Shown: in pieces, positions 45,884-55,262 of the stretch
How the letters are laid out: each line of letters opens with the position of its first letter
Position numbering within the stretch: position 1 is the first letter of the stretch
Virus record (IMG/VR): IMGVR_UViG_3300013286_000012
Span: 1-64,000 of that record
Source: a virus
Length of the DNA stretch: 64,000 nucleotides
Reading direction: 5' to 3' (one strand)
Notes under the pieces: generated by a model
Databases searched by the model: none
The model's input: the letters and a program-made list of their open reading frames with translations, nothing else
What the model was told of the DNA's origin: nothing
Program-made: the position numbers and the translations under genes

Positions 45884-46845
45884 AAGTAGGCAGCCTTCCC
45901 TAAAACGGAAGTCTTTGCAGTCTTAATTCCATGCTCAACCTCGGCCTCAGTCATGTCCCCAACGTCTTTTACATCTATGCCACGGTAGTTAAAATAATAC
46001 AAATCCATACCGTATTTGCGAGCCATGACACGTATCTGCTCGTTGGCTGTGTGCCCAGCCTTATCGTTATCAAACGCCGCAATAACCCTTGATGCTCGTC
46101 GCATAATCTTTGCTTGGTCTTCGCTAATAATTGCGCCATAAGTAGAAATTGCGTTGTGACCAAGACCCGTAAGACGGACTGCATCTAACGGGGACTCAAC
46201 AACAATAAGAGTGTGTTTAGAACTCATTACCTGCACACCAAATACAGTCCTTGATTTCTTTACTCCTGCTGGTTGATTTTTAAAAAAACGACCACGGGCT
46301 CCTTTTTCTTGCCAACCTAAAAGCGCACCAGTATCTGGGTCTCTAATAGGAAGAATCCATGCTTCGTTCTTTTCATCCCAAAGAACTCCGTGAACCGTTA
46401 CTGCTCCTCGTATTAAAAACCTTTTCTTTAATTCTATATCTGGTGGAGTTGTGTACACCGCAAGACGAGCCTCAGACATGGCAATCACAGGTTCTTCGGG
46501 TTGCATGTACTCTGGTAAATCTTTAATGCGTCTCATTAAAGAGTCAAGAGGAACCTCTGCACCTTCACCGATAAAATCTTGTGCATCAAAATACGAGATA
46601 CCTTTAATGTCAGCAACTAATGTGTAAATATTTCCTTTATACCCACAAGAAAAACAGATGTGAACTCCTGTTTCAGAGTTAACCCACCATGAAGGATGTT
46701 GGTCTTCTTTTCCTGTACGCTTCTTATGCATTGGGCACAAACCATTAACTTCAACTCCACGCTGCGAATACAGGGGAAGTTCTAAGTTAAGAAGAACTTT
46801 TTCAACATCAATCACACACGGCTCCAGTCGGAGCAGTACTTGCAC
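45880..46845 (-). CDS. dnaG: DNA primase (CHC2 Zn finger plus TOPRIM)
   Basis: CPMH...CFSCG, VES.LDA, FDNDKAG, KDVGD; true start may be slightly downstream. Confidence 0.9.
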   Translation of the reverse strand: MQVLLRLEPCVIDVEKVLLNLELPLYSQRGVEVNGLCPMHKKRTGKEDQHPSWWVNSETGVHICFSCGYKGNIYTLVADIKGISYFDAQDFIGEGAEVPLDSLMRRIKDLPEYMQPEEPVIAMSEARLAVYTTPPDIELKKRFLIRGAVTVHGVLWDEKNEAWILPIRDPDTGALLGWQEKGARGRFFKNQPAGVKKSRTVFGVQVMSSKHTLIVVESPLDAVRLTGLGHNAISTYGAIISEDQAKIMRRASRVIAAFDNDKAGHTANEQIRVMARKYGMDLYYFNYRGIDVKDVGDMTEAEVEHGIKTAKTSVLGKAAYL

Positions 46846-48062
46846 TTAAAAACTTGGTCTTCGTCGTGAAAACAACCAGTCTCCCAGCGCCAAGTAAGTG
46901 CGGTCTCTGTAGGTCCACAGTTACGGCTTGCAACTACTTTGAGGTTGCGAAGTTCTTCATCTTCATCAATGGGTTCAAGACCCAAGATGACGTCAGAGTC
47001 TTGGAAGAATGATGATGAGTAACCAATTGAGTCCGCAGTTACTTTTCCAGCACGCATCTTCCACAACAATGTCTGTGTAGTAATAACAATAGGTTTATCA
47101 ATACGCTGTGCTAATCGCTTCATACCACGAGTAATGTTAGTGATGGCTTGAGGGGTATTCATCTCACCACTAACTTCATCAAGCATCAAATACACACCGT
47201 CAACAAACACGATGTCTGGTTTAGTTTGCTCAATCTTTGCCGCTAATGCTGAGACAGTAATTCCATTCACTGCGTCTACCAAGTGAAATGGGTGCTCTTT
47301 CTCCATGTCATTTAACATATCAATAAGCCTTGACTCTTCTGGTGGTAATAGTTTTCCACGACGATAACGTCCATGAGAAATATGAGCACGCATGGCATCG
47401 TGACGCTGTTGTTGTTCATGATTGTTCATTTCAAAAGATTGAAACATCGGTGTCTTACCTTGCAGGTGGATATTGATAGCCATCTTTAATGCAATTTGTG
47501 ACTTACCAGTTTTTGGTGGAGCAATAATTGTTACTAATTGCCCACCTTGCAAACCTGCAGTTGCTTCATCAATTTTTGCAAAACCTGTTGGAATACCTAA
47601 GAACTCTGCATTCTGTAACGATTGATAATCCTTGTAACGTTGTTCTGTATTTTTTGTTAAGTCAATCTCGTGAGTGCCAAGGACACCTTGTTCATTAACT
47701 CTAGTGATGGTGCGTTCCATTGCCAGCAATGCCGCATCGTGGTTGTTGTCTTGCAATTCCTCAATTGCGGATTCCAAACCTTGACGAGTAAGCATGCGGC
47801 GTCGAAAATCAACCATCGTGTCAAGCAAGTATTCGATGCTGTCTTGAACATCAAGAATTTTGTAATTTGGGTAATGGTCTTTAACTGTAACTGATGTTGG
47901 AACTTCGCTGTACTCGCCATAGTGTTGGCGAACAAAAGACCACACTCTTTTGTTTTCGTCATCTAAAAACCAGTTCTCAGATACCCCACGTGAGAGAGCA
48001 GGGACAATATCTCGGTCACGAATAACTTTACTAACTAACCGTGCCTCATTGTCTGCTGCCAC
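46812..48062 (-). CDS. dnaB: DnaB-like replicative helicase
   Basis: IPTGF..ID....G, APPKTGKS, SFEM, VFVDG, QDSDV. Confidence 0.93.
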   Translation of the reverse strand: MAADNEARLVSKVIRDRDIVPALSRGVSENWFLDDENKRVWSFVRQHYGEYSEVPTSVTVKDHYPNYKILDVQDSIEYLLDTMVDFRRRMLTRQGLESAIEELQDNNHDAALLAMERTITRVNEQGVLGTHEIDLTKNTEQRYKDYQSLQNAEFLGIPTGFAKIDEATAGLQGGQLVTIIAPPKTGKSQIALKMAINIHLQGKTPMFQSFEMNNHEQQQRHDAMRAHISHGRYRRGKLLPPEESRLIDMLNDMEKEHPFHLVDAVNGITVSALAAKIEQTKPDIVFVDGVYLMLDEVSGEMNTPQAITNITRGMKRLAQRIDKPIVITTQTLLWKMRAGKVTADSIGYSSSFFQDSDVILGLEPIDEDEELRNLKVVASRNCGPTETALTWRWETGCFHDEDQVFKCKYCSDWSRV

Positions 48063-48077
48063 TTATTACCCCAAGGA

Positions 48078-48494
48078 TTAGATGTTGTCTATTTGTACAC
48101 CAGCGGAACCGTATTGTGCAACTCGTGCAGGAATATCCAACACAGCCTTTAAATTTGGTCGGTAAGGCAAACCAGCAACTAACTCTTGAGAATCCTCATA
48201 AAGTTGCCAATAGTTAAATGGATTAACTACGCGTCGTTCTAACTTTTCAAATGCTTTATCAAGTAAATCTTCAGTCCAGCCTTCGCTTTCAAATCCAGCC
48301 AACTCTAAAGATATCTCGTACTTATTTGACATTACCCATAGTTTGTTAGCATTTTGCAAATCAATGTTTCCTATTTTAGAAGAGACTTTTTTTATTAAAA
48401 AAGTTTTGGTTTCTTCTTTAATTAAACTGATGACTAAATCTGTAACGCACACTATTTGAGGAGAGGAGACATTTGAGATGTCTCCATTTTTCAT
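48078..48494 (-). CDS. Degenerate HAD-like or hypothetical protein
   Basis: ORF in the replication module. Confidence 0.55.
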   Translation of the reverse strand: MKNGDISNVSSPQIVCVTDLVISLIKEETKTFLIKKVSSKIGNIDLQNANKLWVMSNKYEISLELAGFESEGWTEDLLDKAFEKLERRVVNPFNYWQLYEDSQELVAGLPYRPNLKAVLDIPARVAQYGSAGVQIDNI

Positions 48495-48799
48495 AGGACT
48501 TCTACCTTGGCGTATTTCACTATAAAATCACGAAATTTAACAGCATCATCGCTAGCATCTACGGCTAATTCTTCGGAGATTTTATTTGGAACAAGGATTG
48601 AATAATTTCCTCTATTCATACGCATTTTTTCTTTAACAAAATCAGAATGTTTACATACGGAAGTTTTGCGCCATACAGGGCAATTACAACGGGTGTTCTG
48701 TGTGCTGGTATCAACCTCAACTTCAAAGATACCAGCAGCCTGAGAAGAGATAAAAAGTTGAACTGTTCTCCAGGAACTCTTCATGCTCATACCTTTCAT
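48491..48799 (-). CDS. SWIM Zn-finger protein
   Basis: CNCP......CKH. Confidence 0.75.
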   Translation of the reverse strand: MKGMSMKSSWRTVQLFISSQAAGIFEVEVDTSTQNTRCNCPVWRKTSVCKHSDFVKEKMRMNRGNYSILVPNKISEELAVDASDDAVKFRDFIVKYAKVEVL

Positions 48800-49518
48800 T
48801 GTGCGGCTCGTAAGTCTTCTCCAATTATAGGGACTCGAACGAATGCTTCATTGGCAAACGATGCCATGGCTTCCTTGTACACCGCTTCCCAATTCTCCAA
48901 CCTTACATTAGTAGTAACAATAGTAGGAAGAGCCTTGTCATACCTTAAACGCAGAATTTCATCAAATGAAGAATCGTTGTATTCAGAGCCGTACTCTTTT
49001 CCTAAATCATCTATTACCAAAACTCTAACGTTTAACCAATCAAACTTAGAGCGACCATGAAAACCGTCTAATTCGTACATGGCATCCCGTTTGTCGTCTG
49101 GCATTGCATCAAAAGTTGATTTTTTACGAGACAAGAACTCAGGGTAAGTCATGTAGTAGATGGGCTTAAATGCAAGTCCATAGTCTTTCTGGTTAGCGCC
49201 AAGAACTTTGCATGCCTCGGCATCGTTGTCAGGTAGTCGACGGAGGAACTCCATTGCGGCTACAACGGCGTGCGTCGTCTTGCCGATGCCAGGACCGCCA
49301 TCAAATAGCAGACCAACGCCATTGATACCAATGTTGCCAATCTGTTTGATGACGTGCCCGTTAGTGGCATCCTCAATCCATGTCGCTACTTCTTCTGGAA
49401 AATCTCCAGCACGGTCGACGATATCTTGTGGCTCAAGACCAAAAAATCGACGCGGAATATTTGAGGTACGAGTTAGCCAATGACGTTTAAGTGATGACAA
49501 CTCGTTTATGTCGTACAT
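48796..49518 (-). CDS. dnaC: DnaC/IstB-like helicase loader
   Basis: GGPGIGKT, LVIDDLGKE, R.RY....PTIVTTN. Confidence 0.9.
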   Translation of the reverse strand: MYDINELSSLKRHWLTRTSNIPRRFFGLEPQDIVDRAGDFPEEVATWIEDATNGHVIKQIGNIGINGVGLLFDGGPGIGKTTHAVVAAMEFLRRLPDNDAEACKVLGANQKDYGLAFKPIYYMTYPEFLSRKKSTFDAMPDDKRDAMYELDGFHGRSKFDWLNVRVLVIDDLGKEYGSEYNDSSFDEILRLRYDKALPTIVTTNVRLENWEAVYKEAMASFANEAFVRVPIIGEDLRAAQ

Positions 49519-49533
49519 GTGCCCCCAAGTTAA

Positions 49534-49821
49534 TTAAAGAATAATTTTAAATGCAACTGAGCCAGTAAAATTAACTGGCTTGTCTTTAATGTCTTTTGCA
49601 TCTGTAGCAGCCATCTTAACGCTCTTCTTAGTTGTATTAGCAAGAACCATAGCCTTTATCCAACGTTTGCCTGCTGATGCGTTAGAGAACGCCTGACGGC
49701 CTGATGCGGAAGGCTGTTCGACATCGTCACGAACCACTGAAAACTCTCCGAGCCATGCTCCGCCTTTTTCTTGGTTCTTGATAAGTTCTGCTTCAAACAC
49801 TGCATTAATTTTTTTAACCAT
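49534..49821 (-). CDS. Hypothetical protein
   Basis: ORF with AGGG RBS. Confidence 0.6.
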   Translation of the reverse strand: MVKKINAVFEAELIKNQEKGGAWLGEFSVVRDDVEQPSASGRQAFSNASAGKRWIKAMVLANTTKKSVKMAATDAKDIKDKPVNFTGSVAFKIIL

Positions 49822-49932
49822 TGTTAGTTGCCCCTAATTCTTCTTTGACGATATTACGAATATCTTCTTTTGTTATTTGACATCCGCATTGGCTGCCACA
49901 TTGACAAGAGGAACCTGTCATCTCTACTGGAA

Positions 49933-50901
49933 TCATTTACTTGCTCCTAATCGTTTTTCATAGCGCTCTAATTGTGCACGACCAGAGAGCGAGTTCTGGA
50001 ACACACGACCATCGCTGGCTGTGAGAATGCCTGTCTTTATGGAAGTCTCCACTGGTGCATTGATTTTTGTCAAACCAAGGTTGGCTCGCGCTTGATTCAT
50101 CTTCTTGCCAAAAGAAGCGAGGTACTTCTTGTAAAGGAAGGGTGCCTCATCGCCAATCTGTTCAAAGTTCCTTTCATCCGCAATAAAAAGACGAAGCAAC
50201 TCTAATTCAATTAAGGCTGTGGTGTTGTATTGCCCTCTGAATTTTGCAAGGGCTCCTGATAGCGATTTGACGTTGACGGTACCTGGAAGTAGCGGGTATA
50301 AGCGGCCCACCTGATAACTAAACTCTGCAGCGACGTCCATCGGCGTCCACTCATGTTCTGGTCGCTTTCCACGGGTCTTGGGGTCGGACTTTTTAATCCG
50401 TGGCTGCTTTGCCTCTTTTGGTTCGACAAGTCCGAATCCTGCGAGTTCATCTCCATCATCTTCCCATTTTCTCATAGGTACCTTTATTTCTTTGAGGAAA
50501 TCCTTTTCCTCAATATCTTTTAATTTATAACTATCTTGGCTATTAGGTACTAATGGCTTATCTACTATTTGGCTACGTGACTTATAGCCATGTGAGGTGC
50601 GGTAATTCTCAGTGCGGTAATTTTCAGCATCAGTGCGGTAATTTTTGACAACCTCGTACCAGTCCATTCCCTTAAAACCATTGGCTCTCCTGCTCTGGCT
50701 GCGAGTAAGAAAGCCGCCCTCTTCCAAGGCTTTGAGGGCCGTTCTGACAGTTCGGTCAGAAGTTTTGCCAGTCTTTGTACCCAACTCGGCTACGGATGTC
50801 TTAAAACGCCCTCCAGAGCCTTGTAGATGGCATATGGTGGCGAGCAGTCGGAACTGATAATCGGTTAGTTGAGAGGTATACGCCTCAGCAGGGATTTTCA
50901 C
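49933..50901 (-). CDS. Replication initiator with N-terminal winged HTH
   Basis: L.D.QFRLL...S...L....G.TS.RTV...LK.LE..GFL; internal direct repeats; upstream of dnaC. Confidence 0.75.
   Translation of the reverse strand: MKIPAEAYTSQLTDYQFRLLATICHLQGSGGRFKTSVAELGTKTGKTSDRTVRTALKALEEGGFLTRSQSRRANGFKGMDWYEVVKNYRTDAENYRTENYRTSHGYKSRSQIVDKPLVPNSQDSYKLKDIEEKDFLKEIKVPMRKWEDDGDELAGFGLVEPKEAKQPRIKKSDPKTRGKRPEHEWTPMDVAAEFSYQVGRLYPLLPGTVNVKSLSGALAKFRGQYNTTALIELELLRLFIADERNFEQIGDEAPFLYKKYLASFGKKMNQARANLGLTKINAPVETSIKTGILTASDGRVFQNSLSGRAQLERYEKRLGASK
50597..50643. repeat. Three iteron-like repeats GTGCGGTAATT (putative origin)
   Basis: 50597-50607, 50612-50622, 50633-50643; AT-rich tract at about 50480-50570. 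Confidence 0.7.
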
Positions 50902-51479
50902 AGGTCTTCGTCAAAGGGCGAGATGTCTTTCATATCGTCCTCCTCGGCTATGCGGTCTCGGATAGTCTCACTAAGGACCTCCAGTACCGCAGAGGTTACA
51001 TATGCTGCAAGGCTTTCTGCAAATAGTGTCAAGGTGGAGGCCATGACATCGTATAGTTCTTCTGTATCGGTGTCCTTGTCGTAGTCAATCTCAATGATAT
51101 CCAAACCGTCAGTTATATCCCACATCTCTAGACCGTAGTCTTCTAATGAGTGCAGTACGGCGTGAGCCTCAAGGCTGTCATCCCAGACCATTGCAAGTAC
51201 ATCATGTGGCTCAATGTGCCTCATGACTTCTTTAATGGGGTTGGAACATATGGTGATGTTCTCATGAGGGATGTGCTCTATGCCTTCTGTTTCTGAAACA
51301 AAAAGAGTAAATGAAACATCGTATGAGAGCATTGCTTTAAGGGCGCTCTTTACAAAGTTGTTGTTATTGGCTACTGCTAAAAAAATATGGGCTTCATCAA
51401 ATTTTTCTAACAGTTGTTCTAGACCATCAGTTACATCTGCATTTTCATCAAAACTAATAACAGCAATACGTTTCATCAC
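50898..51479 (-). CDS. Acidic hypothetical protein
   Basis: 193 aa ORF. Confidence 0.65.
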   Translation of the reverse strand: MMKRIAVISFDENADVTDGLEQLLEKFDEAHIFLAVANNNNFVKSALKAMLSYDVSFTLFVSETEGIEHIPHENITICSNPIKEVMRHIEPHDVLAMVWDDSLEAHAVLHSLEDYGLEMWDITDGLDIIEIDYDKDTDTEELYDVMASTLTLFAESLAAYVTSAVLEVLSETIRDRIAEEDDMKDISPFDEDL

Positions 51480-51748
51480 ATGTTACGCATTCGTGGAAGG
51501 TTAGTTACAACTGGTTTATTTAACTGCTTACTAATCCAAACAGCAACAAATGCTGCGGCAGGAATTGCTACTGCAATATAGTGAAGTGGTGCATCAAGCA
51601 GCAAAATTCCTAACGCACTAAGTGGAAGCGTTAAGAATTTATTGAGGGCTCCAACGCCAAGTGCATCCATAGTTATTAGGTTTAAAAACTCAATAACATA
51701 AGCAATAGCAGTTCCAGTAATGATTATCGATATAAGTAGGTCCGTCAT
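51476..51748 (-). CDS. Membrane protein (holin-like)
   Basis: Three hydrophobic segments. Confidence 0.55.
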   Translation of the reverse strand: MTDLLISIIITGTAIAYVIEFLNLITMDALGVGALNKFLTLPLSALGILLLDAPLHYIAVAIPAAAFVAVWISKQLNKPVVTNLPRMRNM

Positions 51749-51758
51749 GGCCCAGATA

Positions 51759-53696
51759 CTACACCGTTAGGTTGTTTCCTTCCACCCCTGAATATGACCT
51801 GACTACCCAAAAAGCATTCATCGGAACCCAATCATTAAGAGTTTTTTCTAATCTTGATATTTTTTGAACTTTGTTTGGATAAAGGTGGGAATACGAGTTA
51901 TTGCTTGACCCTTCCCAAACAACCCCAAAATCAGAAGGCAAATTTCCATCAAAATAGTCTGATGCTTTGTTTGCTTTTTCAAATTGAATACAGTCTAAAT
52001 ATACAGTTCCAGAAGTTCCTTTAAAAGCAATTTCGTAAGTAACAACCCCTAAATCAAGTGCATTAGTTAGATGAGTAATTGAAAATTCAGCCCAACTATT
52101 TGTTGCAGAAATAGTATAAAGATTTTCTGTTTGAACTATGCTTCCAGCGCTGTTGCGTCCGATAAAAGTAACGTCTACGTTTACATTAGATTTTATAAGT
52201 CCTGCCATAGTGTAGTAAGTGCCTTGTTCAATAGGTATAACGTTTGAAGTAAATGACCATATCCCTGTTCCAATTATTTTTGCACTACTGGTTCCAGAAT
52301 AAGACAGGTTTGATACGTCAGAGTTTTTTGCTGCTGTTGCCGCACCAGCAAGCGTCCAACTATCTGTTACATTATTTTCAAAAGAAGGATTCTTAACAAA
52401 ATTAGTTTTAGTTGGGCTTAAAAAAATGTCAATAGCACGCGCTTCATGGTAGTCAACAGTAATACCTGATTGCAAGGATACTTGGTCTACATAATAAGTT
52501 CCTGCATTATTTGAAATAATATTAATTCCTGCATAAATAGCATTTACTGGAGCAGTTGCTGTATTACTTAAAGATTTCCAAGTATTGTTTGCTGCAACTG
52601 TAGAGGCTGTGCTGGCGCTTATAAATGTTCCTGTATAATCAAACCATCTAATATTAATGCTTACATTTCCTGCACTTGCTGGAGATTTTATTTTGCAAGA
52701 CGCTGTATACGCTATTCCTGTTGTAATTGGAATGCCTTTTGTAATTGGTTCAGCATTACCAAGCGACATAGTAAATCCACCTGATGCGATTAACTTACAA
52801 GCATTTATAGTATCAATGACGTTATCACCAGATGCAGGTAGTTGTTCTTGACTTACAGAGGCCGTAGCCGTAGTAAAAACCCAATTGCCTAATCCGCCAT
52901 AAAACGTTGAGTCTTGCACAGACAGTAGCAAATTAGGTGACACCGTAATGGTTGGATTAAATCCAGTTAGAGACTCAACATAAGTACCTAACGATAATGC
53001 TGTTCCTTTTCTGCTATACATATACAAGGCTTCACGTATAAGTCGCTTTTGATTTTTAGTAGGTAATGCTGGTTCTGGACTTAATCCAAAGTTATTTCTG
53101 TAGGCAGCCAATAATTGAAGGGGAGTCTCTAACCCCGTATGCGTTGGTCGCAACAAGTCTAAGTAAGACATTGCCTCTTCTTGCGAAAACAATAGGCCAT
53201 CCATGTACTTATACAATGAAGAAGAGTTGTCTATAGACCCTAAAGGACTTTGTTCTTTTGTTGTAAAGACTCTTGGAAGAATGCCCATAAATTGATTTTG
53301 AGTATTGTGACTTGATGGAATAACTGCAGTAATAGAGCCTGCAACTCTCCATATTTTTTCTACAGTAAAAATAAAAAAACGATAGTAAGTTTGACGTCCA
53401 GGCACAAAAGGAATGTCATTTGGATTATTTTCCCCATCTACAAAATAAGAACGAGAAACTGTTCCTTCTGTAGCAAACTCATCAAAAATAATAATTCCGT
53501 CTTCAGCAGTTTCTGAAAAACCTGATTGATTTCTAACTAAACGAACACGAGAAAATGTTCCTCTAGGAGTTTGCCATTGCAAATAGACTCGATTAAAATC
53601 AAGAACCAAAATTCCCATTGGTTCTACGGAATAGATTAATTTTGCAAGAGCACCATATTTAGATGCGCCATAATAATTTACGCCATATTTAGCCAC
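51759..53696 (-). CDS. Baseplate wedge/tail protein with carbohydrate-binding-like domains
   Basis: R.LIREA...Y..KGT...L...ESLTG; NPSFE...W beta-sandwich repeats. Confidence 0.75.
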   Translation of the reverse strand: MAKYGVNYYGASKYGALAKLIYSVEPMGILVLDFNRVYLQWQTPRGTFSRVRLVRNQSGFSETAEDGIIIFDEFATEGTVSRSYFVDGENNPNDIPFVPGRQTYYRFFIFTVEKIWRVAGSITAVIPSSHNTQNQFMGILPRVFTTKEQSPLGSIDNSSSLYKYMDGLLFSQEEAMSYLDLLRPTHTGLETPLQLLAAYRNNFGLSPEPALPTKNQKRLIREALYMYSRKGTALSLGTYVESLTGFNPTITVSPNLLLSVQDSTFYGGLGNWVFTTATASVSQEQLPASGDNVIDTINACKLIASGGFTMSLGNAEPITKGIPITTGIAYTASCKIKSPASAGNVSINIRWFDYTGTFISASTASTVAANNTWKSLSNTATAPVNAIYAGINIISNNAGTYYVDQVSLQSGITVDYHEARAIDIFLSPTKTNFVKNPSFENNVTDSWTLAGAATAAKNSDVSNLSYSGTSSAKIIGTGIWSFTSNVIPIEQGTYYTMAGLIKSNVNVDVTFIGRNSAGSIVQTENLYTISATNSWAEFSITHLTNALDLGVVTYEIAFKGTSGTVYLDCIQFEKANKASDYFDGNLPSDFGVVWEGSSNNSYSHLYPNKVQKISRLEKTLNDWVPMNAFWVVRSYSGVEGNNLTV

Positions 53697-53708
53697 AAGT
53701 TACCACCT

Positions 53709-54092
53709 TTACGAACTCAAATCGCCAGATAACAACCACTCATTTGTTCCAATTTTTATTAATCTAATTTCAGAATATTGTCCAGCAGTTTTAACATAAC
53801 TACTTTTTGACCTAAGTGTGACGCCAACACCAGCAGCAACTGTTATAACTCCGCTTCCTTTTTGAAGTACTACAAAAGTTTGACCATCAATAAAAGGATA
53901 AGTTGTTTCTGGTGGTATTGTTAGAGTTATGCTGCTACTACTATTAAACACTATGGCTTTACTAATGTCGTTTGCGCTAAGAGTGTAGGCTGTTGCAGTG
54001 CTATTATTTATAAATCTTTGATGTGCTGTAGGAAAAGCAGAAGCAACCGCAAGCCATTCACTTCCCGTCCAAATGTACGAAGCCTTTGCCAT
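53709..54092 (-). CDS. Tail fibre-associated protein
   Basis: YTL...D...TLT.P...Q.GSG.ITV...WLL.GDL. Confidence 0.7.
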   Translation of the reverse strand: MAKASYIWTGSEWLAVASAFPTAHQRFINNSTATAYTLSANDISKAIVFNSSSSITLTIPPETTYPFIDGQTFVVLQKGSGVITVAAGVGVTLRSKSSYVKTAGQYSEIRLIKIGTNEWLLSGDLSS

Positions 54093-54093
54093 G

Positions 54094-54666
54094 CTAGCCT
54101 CCCATTAACATTAAAGTGTCTACTATTGACGCGCCAGTTGTAACTAACGTTGCATCTACATTAGTAGACGAATCAACCCAAATAGTTCCAGCGGCAAAAT
54201 CTGAGCCAGTTGGTTGAGTTGCTGCGTATATTACTGGTACAAGTTCTTTTCCTCGTGTGTAGATAGTTCCGTTTGGTTGTACTTTAGTTACTACTGTAGA
54301 ATCAGATTTTTGAAATTCAATAAGGTTTGCGCTTTGGCTAGAGACAGCCTTTACAACAAGACTGGTTGTGCTTGTTAATGTTGATTGAATGGTTGAACCG
54401 CCGCTTGGAGAAACTGCCGTGCGGTCGTAAACCGATTTAATTCCGTACTCAATATTAGCAATTCTGTCTTTTAAGGTATTCCAGGATGTGGTGATAAGGT
54501 CAAAAGACCCGACCCATCCAGAACCAGTCTTAATGCTAGTTCCCAAATTTGATTCAATAGAGTTAACTTCATCTTGCAGGCTGTTTACATGCTCAGCAAG
54601 GACAGTATCAGTAAAGTCTACTTTTGTAGTAAAAGATTTTACTGTTGAGGGGTACTGGGCTGTCAC
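54094..54666 (-). CDS. Structural (tail fibre-like) protein
   Basis: A.HVN.LQDEV..IE..LG; P.....GTIWVD. Confidence 0.65.
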   Translation of the reverse strand: MTAQYPSTVKSFTTKVDFTDTVLAEHVNSLQDEVNSIESNLGTSIKTGSGWVGSFDLITTSWNTLKDRIANIEYGIKSVYDRTAVSPSGGSTIQSTLTSTTSLVVKAVSSQSANLIEFQKSDSTVVTKVQPNGTIYTRGKELVPVIYAATQPTGSDFAAGTIWVDSSTNVDATLVTTGASIVDTLMLMGG

Positions 54667-54728
54667 TTAACTTCCTTTCAAACCTGTCGGTCTATTTTCT
54701 CTGGTTTACTACGTATTTACTGCCTTAA

Positions 54729-55262
54729 CTATGGGTGGGTATGGTTTGTTGCGGCTTTTCCTGTCATTTGTGTTTCTAGGGTAGAGACTTTGCCCTGCAA
54801 AGTAGTTATCTTTCCTTCAGCAACAGTTATCTTTCCTTCAGCGGTCGTCATTCTAGTTTCTAAACTTTTAACTTTGTTAGCCAATGCCACAATGGTAGAT
54901 ATTAAATCAACTTCAGTAGTTCCATCAGGCTGCTTTATTGTAATTACATGCGTAGTTAACCCAGTTAATGACACAGAATCAGCCAAGGGCTTAATAAGAA
55001 TACGTTTATTTTTTCCTTGATTTTTACCGTATGTACCATTCCATACGGGATATTCAGGGTCACCGTTTAAGTATGTTATCCAAACACCTTGTCCAATTAC
55101 AGGTGCATCAACACTTATGTGAGCAGGCTCCATAGGCCAAACCCACTCAGTTTTTTCAATTCCCGTAATTTGAGGTACTGAAACTTTTAATCGTCGTTGA
55201 TTTTGAGGGTCTTTATTTTCTTTTACAATGCCTCTATGAAATCCATGATGGCGTTTCTCCAT
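54729..55262 (-). CDS. Baseplate spike (gp5/VgrG OB-fold)
   Basis: RGIV..N.DP....RLKV.VP...P.IG..VW.....GDP..PVW.G. Confidence 0.85.
   Translation of the reverse strand: MEKRHHGFHRGIVKENKDPQNQRRLKVSVPQITGIEKTEWVWPMEPAHISVDAPVIGQGVWITYLNGDPEYPVWNGTYGKNQGKNKRILIKPLADSVSLTGLTTHVITIKQPDGTTEVDLISTIVALANKVKSLETRMTTAEGKITVAEGKITTLQGKVSTLETQMTGKAATNHTHP

Noticed and set aside
54804-54842. 21-bp-period tandem repeat AGTTATCTTTCCTTCAGC
   Set aside because: Encodes heptad repeats (AEGKIT) of the spike coiled coil
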